Of a stretch of 27,967 nt of DNA, positions 9,324-18,401 are shown piece by piece. The notes below the pieces were generated by a model. The model saw nothing but the letters and a program-made list of their open reading frames with translations. It searched no databases and was not told where the DNA came from. Made by a program: the position numbers and the translations under genes. Where the stretch lies: positions 1 through 27,967 of the forward strand of contig JANNWY010000224.1 in assembly GCA_031409335.1 (NCBI GenBank). The letters run 5' to 3'. Positions within the stretch are counted from its first letter, which is position 1; each line of letters starts with the position of its first letter. Source of the DNA: Chthoniobacteraceae bacterium (lineage in GTDB: Bacteria; Verrucomicrobiota; Verrucomicrobiia; Chthoniobacterales; Chthoniobacteraceae).

Positions 9324-10082
9324 ATGCCTACGCAGCCGCAGCTACTTTCGCATGATCTGCCGGGCGCAATGAAGCCGCGCGATTCACACTTTGCCGCGAC
9401 CCGCTGGACGCTCGTCGCCCGGGCCAGCGGCAGCGACTCCGCCGCGCAAGCCGCGCTCAGTGAATTGTGCGCCGCCTACTACGCGCCAGTGAACGCTTTT
9501 CTCCGCGCCGAAGGCCGCACGGAAGACATCTCGCGCGAGCTGGCGCACGAGTTCTTCGCGCGTGTGCTCGCGGGCGGGGCGCTCGGCGGGGCGGATGCGG
9601 CGCGCGGACGTTTCCGCAGCTACCTGCTCGGTGCGCTGAAACATTTCCTCGCCGACCATCGCGACCACGCGAATCGCGAGAAGCGCGGCGGCGGCATCAC
9701 GCCCGAACCGCTCGACACTGGCACGAATGCCGGCCAGCCGCTCCCCGCTGCGCGCGACGACGAACGTGCATTCGACCGGCAATGGGCTCTCACGCTCATC
9801 GCCCGCGCGCTGGAGATCATCGGCGTCGAATTGCGTGACGCCGGCAAGGCCTCGCACTTCGACGCACTGAAGCCGTGGCTCACCGGAGAAAACCCCGCGC
9901 TTTCCCGAGCCGAAACCGCGCAGCATCTCGGCGTGAGCGAAGGCGCGGTGAAGGTCGCCATTCACCGACTGCGCCAGCGTTTCCGCGAAGCGGTGAAAGC
10001 GGAGATCGCGGTGACCGTGCGCGGCGACGGCGACGTGGACGATGAACTGCGTTACCTCCTCGCGGTGCTGGTCGCGCAGTAG
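9324..10082 (+). CDS. ECF sigma-70 factor of the kinase-associated type (alternative start 9369)
   Basis: FAATRWTLV, ALSELCAAYYAPV, RGRFRSYLLG, and region 4 AQHLGVSEGAVKVAIHRLRQRFR. It directly follows the kinase stop. Confidence 0.9.
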   Translation: MPTQPQLLSHDLPGAMKPRDSHFAATRWTLVARASGSDSAAQAALSELCAAYYAPVNAFLRAEGRTEDISRELAHEFFARVLAGGALGGADAARGRFRSYLLGALKHFLADHRDHANREKRGGGITPEPLDTGTNAGQPLPAARDDERAFDRQWALTLIARALEIIGVELRDAGKASHFDALKPWLTGENPALSRAETAQHLGVSEGAVKVAIHRLRQRFREAVKAEIAVTVRGDGDVDDELRYLLAVLVAQ

Positions 10083-10085
10083 CGT

Positions 10086-10236
10086 CAAGGAGCGGCGACA
10101 TTCCTGTCGCCGACCCCCAACCGCTGCGGAGCAGCGCACACTTCTGGCAAGGTGGCGGGAGCGACGTGCGAATCCGGGAAGAAATGTGGCGCTTCGCGCG
10201 ATGGTGGTTCGGCGACAGGAATGTCGCCGCTCCTTG
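10086..10236. repeat. REPIN-like doublet: perfect 28-bp inverted repeats, each itself a hairpin
   Basis: CAAGGAGCGGCGACATTCCTGTCGCCGA (10086-10113) and its exact reverse complement (10209-10236). Confidence 0.9.
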
Positions 10237-10300
10237 CCGCCGCCGCACGATTCCATTCTTGCGCGCCGGATCGAAAACGGAATGCTCACCGCCCGCCACC

Positions 10301-11521
10301 ATGTCCAGCAAAGCGAAGTCTCCACTCGGCCTCATCTTCCTCACGCTCTTCATCGACATGGTGGGCTTTGGCATCGTCATCCCGGTGCTGCCGCTTTACG
10401 CGGAAGGCTCGCGCATCGGCGCGACTCCGGCGCAGCTCTCGTGGATCGTTGGGATTTATTCGCTGTTCCAGCTCGTGTGCGCGCCGCTGTTTGGAAAGTG
10501 GAGCGATCGCATCGGGCGCAAGCCAGTGCTCGTGGTGAGCATCATCGGCACGGCGGTCGGATTCGTCGTCCTCGGCGCGGCAAATACCGTGTGGATGCTG
10601 ATCCTCGGGCGCATCATCGACGGTGCGAGCGGCGGAAACATCGCCACCGCGATGGCCTGCATTGCGGACGTCACGACGAAGGAAAATCGCTCGCGCAACA
10701 TGGGCCTCGTCGGCGCTGCGTTCGGGCTGGGATTCATGATCGGGCCGGCGATCGGCGGCATCTTGAGCAAACACTTTGGCCTCGCCACGCCGTTCTATTT
10801 CGCCGCCGGGCTCGCGCTGCTGAATGCGCTGCTCGTCTGGCTGCGCCTGCCGGAAACGCTCACTGCCGAATCCCGCGCCCGCGCGCAAGAACGCGCGACG
10901 ATCGGCGAAGTCTTCCACGGCGGTCGCACGGGCATGATCGCGGCGATCCTCGCCAGCCAGCTCGCGGCCGTCACCGGCTTCTCGATCATGACGGCGCTCT
11001 TCGCGCTCTATTGCGAAAAGCGATTCAACTACGACGCCGCGCAGGTCGGTTACATCCTCGCGTACGTCGGCCTGCTCGGCGTGATTTTCCAGGGCGGCCT
11101 GCTCCGGCGACTTTTGAAAAAGCCGATCGAAAAACAACTCGCGGTCATCGGCGCGGCGATCCTCGCGCTGAGCATGGCGGCGCTGCCTTTCACGCACACG
11201 CTCGGCATTCTGCTCCTCGTGTGTTTCGGCATTTCGCTGGGAAACAGCTTCGTCACCCCGACGCTCAACGGGCTCGCCTCGCGCACCACCGACGCGCACT
11301 GCCAGGGCCGCCTGCTCGGCCTCATGCAGAGCGCGGGCAGCCTCGGACGTTTCCTCGGCCCGATGATCGGCTTCGGCCTCGTGTCGATGGATGGCGCATC
11401 GAATTACGCGCGCACATCCTTCTTCGCGAGCGCCGCGATCCTGCTGCTCGCGATGGTCTGCATCATCGCCGTCGCGCCCGCGCAAACCGCGCCGGTCGGG
11501 GAAGCAATCCCGGAAACCTGA
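10301..11521 (+). CDS. MFS transporter, TetA/DHA1-like
   Basis: IFLTLFIDMVGFGIVIPVLP, motif A GKWSDRIGRKPVL, motif C AFGLGFMIGPAIGG, and about 12 TM segments. Confidence 0.93.
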   Translation: MSSKAKSPLGLIFLTLFIDMVGFGIVIPVLPLYAEGSRIGATPAQLSWIVGIYSLFQLVCAPLFGKWSDRIGRKPVLVVSIIGTAVGFVVLGAANTVWMLILGRIIDGASGGNIATAMACIADVTTKENRSRNMGLVGAAFGLGFMIGPAIGGILSKHFGLATPFYFAAGLALLNALLVWLRLPETLTAESRARAQERATIGEVFHGGRTGMIAAILASQLAAVTGFSIMTALFALYCEKRFNYDAAQVGYILAYVGLLGVIFQGGLLRRLLKKPIEKQLAVIGAAILALSMAALPFTHTLGILLLVCFGISLGNSFVTPTLNGLASRTTDAHCQGRLLGLMQSAGSLGRFLGPMIGFGLVSMDGASNYARTSFFASAAILLLAMVCIIAVAPAQTAPVGEAIPET

Positions 11522-11538
11522 CGCGGGTCGAGGGCGCG

Positions 11539-11751
11539 CTACGCGGCCAGCGCCGCGACGGAATTCCCGCGGAGCAATGCATCGCGCCGCGCCCGCGCCA
11601 CCGCCACATCCTTCGTGCCGAGCGAACGCCGCACGCGTTCCTTCGTGAAAGGCGTGGGATGGATCACGTAATGCACGAACCACGTGCCGTTGTTGTTCCA
11701 GAGATGATGATTGGGATTGGACGGATTCGTCCGAAGTGAGAGAGCGATCAT
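11539..11751 (-). CDS. Small basic hypothetical protein (70 aa), integrase-arm/DUF6538-like DNA-binding fold suspected
   Basis: NPNHHLWNNNGTWFVHY...RVRRSLGTKDVAVARARRD. The R.SL.T.D...A...RD pattern resembles integrase N-terminal domains. Confidence 0.7.
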   Translation of the reverse strand: MIALSLRTNPSNPNHHLWNNNGTWFVHYVIHPTPFTKERVRRSLGTKDVAVARARRDALLRGNSVAALAA

Positions 11752-11777
11752 GAAGTGAGTGGCCGCGGCGACTTCAC

Positions 11778-11912
11778 GGGAGAGATGGTTCGCACCGGCA
11801 GACGAGCCGGGGCGCACATCGCGCACGACCACTCGGCCATGCACTTCCACCTTGGTTTCTCCAAACCAGGTTGGCAGATCCCGCGCAGGCCGGGATCACT
11901 CGTAATGTCTTA
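11778..11912 (-). promoter_or_regulatory. Candidate SAM-clan (SAM-I/IV or SAM-IV-like) riboswitch
   Basis: The minus strand reads CATTACGAG-TGATCCC(GGCCTGCGC)GGGATC-TGCCAACC-TGGTTT(GGAG)AAACCA-AGGTGG, resembling the SAM core (AUNANGAG...GCAACC...GGUGC, here CCAACC/GGUGG). The GGAGA loop can pair with downstream TCTCC. Confidence 0.55.
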
Positions 11913-11996
11913 GCGTTATTAAAAGAACTGCGCGGAGGAAAGCACCGCGTGGCGAGGGGCGCAAGCGCGGGTGCGGATTATGACACGCTGCCCAAA

Positions 11997-14084
11997 TCAC
12001 CGCGCCGCTGTCGGCGTGCCCTCGGCCGGCTTCTCGCCGACTTCGAAGTATTCCACGTAGCCGATCATCATTTCCTCATAGGTCTGGAGGCCCCACCGCA
12101 CGGTCTTGGTCGGGTCGGGATTTGCGGGATTGTTCGCGCTGTTGTCGAACCAGCCGGTCGCGCGAATGATCGAGCCGCGCGGGATCGTGGGCGGCTCGGC
12201 GTAGCGGCAGCTCACCTGCCAGTTGAAATCGTAGCGCGGCACATCCAGCAGCGTGCGCACGGTGCCATCGGGCAGCGCCACTTCGTAGCGGAACGCGGAG
12301 CCGCGCACGTGCATGTGCGGATTGAGCGCGAGAATCCTCACCGCCATCGGCACCGGGATCGTGCCCGTCTCGGGATGATGCGCCGCGCCCGGCGGGATGC
12401 TGATCCGGTGATCCACGATGCCCGCGACTTTCACGATGTGCTTCGGCGCTTCCTTTGCAAAAAGCAGGCCGAGCTTCACCTGATCCTGCGTCGCCGACCC
12501 GTTCGGCGTGTAGTGAATCTGGAATTTCACCCTGGCATTTGCGGGCAGCAGCTTCGCAAATCCATCGGGATAAATGATGTGATTATTCCCCGGCACATAC
12601 GCCGCGAAAAATCCCGCGCGCTCATCCTCCTCGCCCTCGAATCCGCGCTGGCCCGGCTTTCGCACAAAGATCAGCACGTGATGCACGACTTCGCGCGCCG
12701 TCGGCTGCACTTCATATCCGCGCACCCACCGGTCATCTCCGAACGACGTCTCCACCGTCACGTTTTGATAGTTCATCGTGCCCTCGGCCTTTACCGCGAT
12801 CGGATTGGGAATCTGCACGATCGCATCCGGCGTCCCGATCACCCAATCGCCCGGAAACGTGCGCGCCAGCGGCGCATCCTGCGCGGTGCCGACCGGTTTG
12901 CCGGCATTCAGCCACGCGAGAAAATCCGCCTTGTCGCGCGCCACGAGCGCGCGGTCATTGCCCCACGGCGTGTGCGTGCCTGGCGCGGGCGCAGCCGCAA
13001 ACCACGGCGGCATCAGCCCGCGATCGACCATCTTTTTGATCATGCCCGCCTTCGCGACGACCTGCTCGTGCGTCTCCATCGGGAAAGGCGCGAGTCCGCC
13101 GGCGCGGTGACACTCCAGGCAATTCTGCTGCACGATCCGCGAGACGCGGTTGTGATAAGTGATGTCCGTCGCCGCCGGTTTCGCATCGCCGAGATCGAGC
13201 GCGCAGCCCGGTGCCTCCGTCGCGGCCACGGCCGGCGCGCGGTTTTCCAGCAGCGCGGAAAGCGCATCCGCGAGGTAGCGATGCCGGGGCGCGTCGAGGG
13301 AATATCCGAGCCCATATTGATCATCGAGCGCCCCGCGATAGACCAGCGTCCGCGCCGCATCGACGAGGAAAGTATCCGTCGTCGCCCGCGCGCCGAGCGT
13401 CGCGAGAAACGTGTTTTTCGGATCGCGCAGACACGGTGCGGAAAAGCCTGCGCCGTTCAGCGCAGCGCGCAAATCCTCCGCCGAATCCGTCGCCGTCGGC
13501 GCGATCAAAACGAACGCCACGCCACGCGCCGCGTATTCCTTTTCGAGCCGCGCCAGCGCAGGCAGCGCGCGTTTGCCCACCGGGCAACTCGTGCTCACGA
13601 GCGCGATCACCGCGGGCTTCTTCGCCGTGAATTCCGAAATCGTCCGCGCCTTCCCGTCGAGGTCGATCAGCGTCGCATCGCCGATCATCGTCCCGACGCC
13701 ACACTCGCCCGCTTTCAACTGCCGCGGCCCCTCGCGCACCGAGTCCTTTGGCTCAAACATCGGCGGCGCTTTCTCATCCACCTTCACGTCCGGTCCACCC
13801 GCCTGGCGACCCTGCTTCGCCTCGATCATGGCGATGATCTTATCCTGAATGCTGTCGCGAATCTCATCCATCGTCAGCAGCCCATCCTTGTTCGCATCCG
13901 CCCCCGCGACCCAGATCGCGACCGGCTTCGCCTCTTCCTCATTCAGCTTCCCGTCCTTGTCGAGATCGAGCACCTTGAAGCGTTGTTCCAGCATTTCGAT
14001 CGGGTCGGGCGCCGCAAGGGCGGGGAGATTGATGACAATCGCCGCGCTGGCCGCGAGCATGGAAAGAGAGAGGATTCGGATCAT
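11997..14084 (-). CDS. Secreted multidomain protein: EF-hands + redoxin + c-type heme motif + copper type II monooxygenase-like domains
   Basis: Signal peptide, DLDKDGKLNEEE/DANKDGLLTMDE, SCP...LVYRGALDDQY, CLECH, VVHHVLIF, PHMHVRG, EEMMIG. Start at 14084 is inferred. Confidence 0.85.
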   Translation of the reverse strand: MIRILSLSMLAASAAIVINLPALAAPDPIEMLEQRFKVLDLDKDGKLNEEEAKPVAIWVAGADANKDGLLTMDEIRDSIQDKIIAMIEAKQGRQAGGPDVKVDEKAPPMFEPKDSVREGPRQLKAGECGVGTMIGDATLIDLDGKARTISEFTAKKPAVIALVSTSCPVGKRALPALARLEKEYAARGVAFVLIAPTATDSAEDLRAALNGAGFSAPCLRDPKNTFLATLGARATTDTFLVDAARTLVYRGALDDQYGLGYSLDAPRHRYLADALSALLENRAPAVAATEAPGCALDLGDAKPAATDITYHNRVSRIVQQNCLECHRAGGLAPFPMETHEQVVAKAGMIKKMVDRGLMPPWFAAAPAPGTHTPWGNDRALVARDKADFLAWLNAGKPVGTAQDAPLARTFPGDWVIGTPDAIVQIPNPIAVKAEGTMNYQNVTVETSFGDDRWVRGYEVQPTAREVVHHVLIFVRKPGQRGFEGEEDERAGFFAAYVPGNNHIIYPDGFAKLLPANARVKFQIHYTPNGSATQDQVKLGLLFAKEAPKHIVKVAGIVDHRISIPPGAAHHPETGTIPVPMAVRILALNPHMHVRGSAFRYEVALPDGTVRTLLDVPRYDFNWQVSCRYAEPPTIPRGSIIRATGWFDNSANNPANPDPTKTVRWGLQTYEEMMIGYVEYFEVGEKPAEGTPTAAR

Positions 14085-14261
14085 AAAGGTGAACGCTTTC
14101 AGGGATAACGCTCCGCACCTGCGCGCGGTTACGTCTTTCGCCATGAGCGCCCCGAATATGAACCGGCTTTGTGAAAAGTCAGGCAGTCGCTTTGTGAAGC
14201 CGAAGGCCGGAGCCTTCACCTTTCCTTCACCCAACGGGTGAAACTCGTCTAATACAACGCG

Positions 14262-14474
14262 ATGAAATCCCTGCTCACCCTCGCCCTCCCGCTGCTCCTG
14301 TCCGGCTGCGCCGCGGACGTTTCGCCGGAAGATCGGGACTTCTTTTACCGCGGCTGGAAAAACCCCGAGCAGGCCTCGCGCGAACGCATGTTTGGCCGCA
14401 AACAGGCGGACTATTTCAATCCCGACGACACCGCCCGCCCCGTGGACCCGGAGCCGCCAAACCTGCGGCAGTAG
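14262..14474 (+). CDS. Small lipoprotein
   Basis: MKSLLTLALPLLLSGC: signal peptide II with lipobox LSGC. Confidence 0.75.
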   Translation: MKSLLTLALPLLLSGCAADVSPEDRDFFYRGWKNPEQASRERMFGRKQADYFNPDDTARPVDPEPPNLRQ

Positions 14475-14652
14475 CCGGGGCAATATCGGCGCGTGAGACC
14501 GACGGGTTCGTCTTTGCGATTCCGCCTCGTGTTCAAGTTGAGGCCCGCGAATGCGGGGTGTGGTTAAAAGTGGTTCAAAGACCGGTCCGCGCCTTTCTGT
14601 CCCTGCTCCACAAATGAACGCGCGCGTCGCGCGACATCCGTCGTTTTCCTTG

Positions 14653-14682
14653 TTGACGCCATTCGCGGCCCGCCGATAGCTT
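14653..14682 (+). promoter_or_regulatory. Possible sigma70 promoter for ndk-aminotransferase
   Basis: TTGACG-N18-TAGCTT in the intergenic region upstream of ndk. Confidence 0.3.
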
Positions 14683-14790
14683 CCGGCCCCGCAAAAAACT
14701 GACAAAATAATTTACAAAAAATCCTGCCTGCGTGGGTAAAACGTCGCGAAAATTCGATTTTCCGGCGGTCCGCGCGGGCAGTTTTTATCT

Positions 14791-15957
14791 ATGGCCGAAG
14801 AACTCTCATACGTGCTCGTCACTCCTTACTCGATCCGCAAATCGCGAACCGGGGGCATCGTTGCCCGGCTCATTTCGCGGACTGCACTCGATCTGGTGGC
14901 GGCGCGGATGTTTGCTCCCAGCGTGGAACTCGTGGCGGCATACGCCGAAGGAATCGTCTCGGACCCGGACCCCACGCATCGCACGACGCAGGAGTTGATT
15001 AAGAAATACGTGTTGAAAAATCTCGTGCCAACGACGGGATCGAAGCCACGCGTGTTGATGCTCGTTTTCAAGGGCGAAAACGCCGTGGAGAAAATTAAGG
15101 AAACCGTGGGACACATCGTCAATGAGCGGACGAGCGGGGAAACGATCCGCGACACGTATGGCGACTACATGGCGGACGCCAATGACGAGGTGACTTATTT
15201 CGAGCCCGGCGTGCTGGCGCCGCCCGATGTCGCGAGCGCCCGGAACGATCTGCTGCTGTGGGCGTCCTTCTCCGACAAGGATGGCGGCCTTCTCGATCAG
15301 GCGATCGAGTTTCCCACAGGCACGAAGGCCGAGAAAACGCTCGTGCTCATCAAGCCCGACAACTTCCGTTTTCCGAACGCGCGCCCTGGCGGCGTGATCG
15401 ATCTGTTTTCCCGCACCGGCCTCTACATCATCGCGTGCAAGGTGCATCGGATGAGCGTGGCTCAGGCAGAGGAGTTCTACGGGCCTGTGCTCGCCGTCCT
15501 GCAGGATAAATTGCGGGAGTGCTCGGGCGAAAGTGTGGCGAAGTTTTTCTCGAAAGACACGGGCATCCCGCTCGGTCCGGAAGTCGCGGCTCAACTTGGC
15601 GAAGTGCTTGGCCCGATCGCGGGGCGCGAGAATTGGGAACAAATCGTTGCCTTCATGGCCGGCCTCAAACCGAGCGAGTGCTCCGCTGACAAACGCAACG
15701 AACCCGGTTCCGAAAAGTGCATCGCCCTTTGCTATCAGGGCGTCGATGCAGTGCGCAAAGTCCGCGAGGTGCTTGGCCCGACCGATCCCGCGAAAGCGCC
15801 TCCCGGCACGATTCGCAAGGAGTTCGGCTCGACCATCATGGTCAACGCCGCGCACGCCTCCGACTCCCCCGAGAATGCCGCCCGCGAAATGGGCATCGTC
15901 CAAATCTCCGAGAACAACCTGAAGCCGCTGATCGAAAGTTGGTTTGCAAAAAAGTAA
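14791..15957 (+). CDS. ndk: Nucleoside-diphosphate kinase, two-domain form
   Basis: C-terminal domain EKTLVLIKPD...GPTDPAKAPPGTIRKEFG...NAAHASDS. The N-terminal NDK-like repeat has GETIRDTYG. Confidence 0.88.
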   Translation: MAEELSYVLVTPYSIRKSRTGGIVARLISRTALDLVAARMFAPSVELVAAYAEGIVSDPDPTHRTTQELIKKYVLKNLVPTTGSKPRVLMLVFKGENAVEKIKETVGHIVNERTSGETIRDTYGDYMADANDEVTYFEPGVLAPPDVASARNDLLLWASFSDKDGGLLDQAIEFPTGTKAEKTLVLIKPDNFRFPNARPGGVIDLFSRTGLYIIACKVHRMSVAQAEEFYGPVLAVLQDKLRECSGESVAKFFSKDTGIPLGPEVAAQLGEVLGPIAGRENWEQIVAFMAGLKPSECSADKRNEPGSEKCIALCYQGVDAVRKVREVLGPTDPAKAPPGTIRKEFGSTIMVNAAHASDSPENAAREMGIVQISENNLKPLIESWFAKK

Positions 15958-16000
15958 GCAACCCAGCGGCACATCCCAAATCCTAACTCCTAACTCCTAA

Positions 16001-17170
16001 ATGCTCATGGAACTCGCCCAACGCGCCACGATTCTCACCCCTTCCCTCACCCTCTCCATCGACTCGAAAGCCAAGGCGATGAAGGCTGAAGGCATCGACG
16101 TTTGCAGCTTCGGAGCCGGCGAACCGGACTTCGACACGCCTGAGCACATCAAGAACGCCGCCCAGGCCGCGATCGAAGCGGGCTTCACGAAATACACGCC
16201 CAGCTCCGGCATTCCCGAACTGCGCCAAGCGATCGCCGAAAAATTCGCCGCCGACAACAAGCTCAACTACAAGCCCTCGCAAATCATCGTCAGCAGCGGC
16301 GCGAAACATTCCTGCTACAACGCGATCCTCGCGACCTGCCAGCCGGGCGACGAAGTGATCATCCCCGCGCCCTACTGGCTGAGCTATCCCGAGATGGTGC
16401 GCCTCGCAGGAGCCGATCCCGTTTTCGTTCAGACCAAGGAATCGAACGGCTGGAAAATGACCGCCGAGGAATTTCAGGACGCGATGACGCCGCGGACGAA
16501 AATGGTGATCATCAATTCGCCCGGCAACCCGACCGGCGCGGTCTATTCGCGCGAGGAACTCGAAGCGATCACCGAAGTCTGCGTCGATGAGGAAATCCTG
16601 ATCCTCTCCGACGAGATGTATGAGAAACTCACCTACGATGGCGTGGAGCACGTCAGCACCGCATCGCTCTCGCAGGCCGTGTATGATCTCACCATCACCG
16701 TCAACGGATTTTCCAAAGCCTACGCAATGACCGGCTGGCGGCTCGGCTACCTCGGCGCGCCCGAGCAAATCGCGAAAGCCATCGACGCGATCCAGAGCCA
16801 CAGCACGTCGAACCCGACCAGCTTTGCGCAAAAAGGCGGACTCGCCGCGATCAAGGGCGATCAGCAGTGCGTGGCCGACATGCGCGAGGAATTCAACATG
16901 CGCCGACAATACATGGTGAACCGCCTGAAGAGCATCGACCGCGTCACCGTTGTCGAGCCAAAGGGCGCGTTCTACGTGCTCGCCAACATCAGCGGACTCG
17001 GCCTGAACTCGACCAACTTCGCCGACCGCCTGCTCAGCAAACATCACGTCGCCGTCGTCCCCGGCATTGCTTTCGGCGACGACCGCACGATCCGCTTCAG
17101 CTACGCGACGAGCCTCGACATCATCAAGAAGGGCCTCGATCGGTTCGAGGAATTCTGCAAGACGCTGTAA
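16001..17170 (+). CDS. PLP-dependent class I aminotransferase (aspartate aminotransferase-like); start 16001 or 16007
   Basis: GEPDFDTP, NSPGNPTG, SDEMYE, NGFSKAYAMTGWRLGY, GAFY. Confidence 0.95.
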   Translation: MLMELAQRATILTPSLTLSIDSKAKAMKAEGIDVCSFGAGEPDFDTPEHIKNAAQAAIEAGFTKYTPSSGIPELRQAIAEKFAADNKLNYKPSQIIVSSGAKHSCYNAILATCQPGDEVIIPAPYWLSYPEMVRLAGADPVFVQTKESNGWKMTAEEFQDAMTPRTKMVIINSPGNPTGAVYSREELEAITEVCVDEEILILSDEMYEKLTYDGVEHVSTASLSQAVYDLTITVNGFSKAYAMTGWRLGYLGAPEQIAKAIDAIQSHSTSNPTSFAQKGGLAAIKGDQQCVADMREEFNMRRQYMVNRLKSIDRVTVVEPKGAFYVLANISGLGLNSTNFADRLLSKHHVAVVPGIAFGDDRTIRFSYATSLDIIKKGLDRFEEFCKTL

Positions 17171-17186
17171 CGTAGGTCACCGCGAT

Positions 17187-17639
17187 TTATTCGCGTAGTT
17201 TCGTGTCGATGATCAGCGTCACCGGCCCGTCGTTCACGAGGCTCACCTGCATCATCGCGCCAAAGCGCCCGGTCTGAATCGGGCGACCCATCAGCTCGCC
17301 GAGTTTGCGCGTCAGTCCTTCGTAAAGCGGGATCGCCACTTCCGGTTTCGCCGCGCGATGCCAGCTCGGGCGCGTGCCTTTTTTCGTGCTCGCGAAAAGC
17401 GTGAACTGGCTGACGAGCAGGATCTCGCCCGCGATCTCCTGCACGCTGCGCTGCATCGTCCCGGTGTCATCCGCAAAGATCCGCAGGCCAACGATCTTCG
17501 CCGCAAGCCAGCCGATGTCCTCCGCAGAATCCGCGTCCTCTTTTCCAGCCAGCACCAGAAGCCCGCGGCCAATCTGCCCGACGATTTCGCCTTCGACAGA
17601 AACAGACGCTGAACTGACTCGCTGAATGACCGCGCGCAT
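17187..17639 (-). CDS. dtd: D-aminoacyl-tRNA deacylase
   Basis: MRAVIQRV, SQFTL, G.RPS, FGAMMQVSLVNDGPVT. Confidence 0.97.
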   Translation of the reverse strand: MRAVIQRVSSASVSVEGEIVGQIGRGLLVLAGKEDADSAEDIGWLAAKIVGLRIFADDTGTMQRSVQEIAGEILLVSQFTLFASTKKGTRPSWHRAAKPEVAIPLYEGLTRKLGELMGRPIQTGRFGAMMQVSLVNDGPVTLIIDTKLRE

Positions 17640-17771
17640 GGCCGATCCGCTACCGGGTGAGCACCACACTTTCAAGAGTTCCTTCGTCTCCGCGACGCCC
17701 GCGGTGCGGTGCCCTACTCGTCCGCGGTCGCGCCGGCGCGGGTGCAGAGTTTGCGAAACTCGATCCTGAAG

Positions 17772-17942
17772 TCAGCCCACAAAGTTCTGCTGAACGCCTT
17801 TGGTTTTTTGCCACGGAACGCTCTTGTCCACGCTTAACTCCTTCGGGTTATAGCCACCCCTCGCAACTTTTTCCGGTCTCATGTCTTTCAGTTGGACGGC
17901 GGACTTGGATTTCATCGGCTGTTTGGTTGTTTTTGTTTTCAT
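17772..17942 (-). CDS. GG-leader precursor peptide 9; core YNPKELSVDKSVPWQKTKGVQQNFVG
   Basis: Hand translation: MKTKTTKQPMKSKSAVQLKDMRPEKVARGG + 26-aa core, TGA. Confidence 0.8.
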   Translation of the reverse strand: MKTKTTKQPMKSKSAVQLKDMRPEKVARGGYNPKELSVDKSVPWQKTKGVQQNFVG

Positions 17943-18014
17943 GGTTTGTTTCTTTCTGTTGCGGTTTTTTCTACTTGGATTTCAGGGTTTCGAGCGCGAT
18001 CTGCCGCCCGCCAA

Positions 18015-18170
18015 CTAAAGAGTGCGGACTGACCCATCGCCAAATTGGAAATTGCTCCCTCCGGCGTGCCTTGTGCCAGCGCCGCCCTGCGCACCTTTTT
18101 TGGGTGCGATGTCCTTCAACTGAATGGTGGGTTTGGTTTGTTTCGGCTGTTTGGCTGTTTTCGTTTTCAT
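18015..18170 (-). CDS. GG-leader precursor peptide 8; core AGTRHAGGSNFQFGDGSVRTL (H-X9-DG motif)
   Basis: Hand translation: MKTKTAKQPKQTKPTIQLKDIAPKKGAQGG + 21-aa core, TAG. Confidence 0.85.
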   Translation of the reverse strand: MKTKTAKQPKQTKPTIQLKDIAPKKGAQGGAGTRHAGGSNFQFGDGSVRTL

Positions 18171-18401
18171 GGCTGTGGTTCTTTCTTTTGTTTGTTGTTT
18201 TCCGGTCTGGCGCGGATGACCCCGATCACGGTGCGGTGTCCGCCTTTCACATCCCGTTTGGTGATTGGATCATTGAGCCGGGTCGGTTTGGCGTGCTGCT
18301 CTTTGCCGAACGTCCCGCAATTAGGAGCTACCGTCCCCGTTGTACACCGCATGATAGCGGACCTTTTGCACAGGTGTGGGTGTGTTGATGGAGCGTGCCT
18401 A

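Noticed and set aside
11997..14084. Copper monooxygenase as amidating enzyme for the peptides
   Set aside because: It is separated from the array by housekeeping genes, and only one core ends in Gly. There is no evidence of linkage.
11871..14108. Long antisense ORFs (11871..14108 +, 4130..5125 +, 6316..7653 -, 10286..11683 -, 14806..15972 -, 20263..21576 +, 21507..22655 +)
   Set aside because: They are typical high-GC shadow frames opposite well-supported genes and show no recognisable motifs.
14480..14650. Possible ncRNA or tRNA in the lipoprotein-ndk gap
   Set aside because: No cloverleaf or recognisable family motif could be supported by eye.
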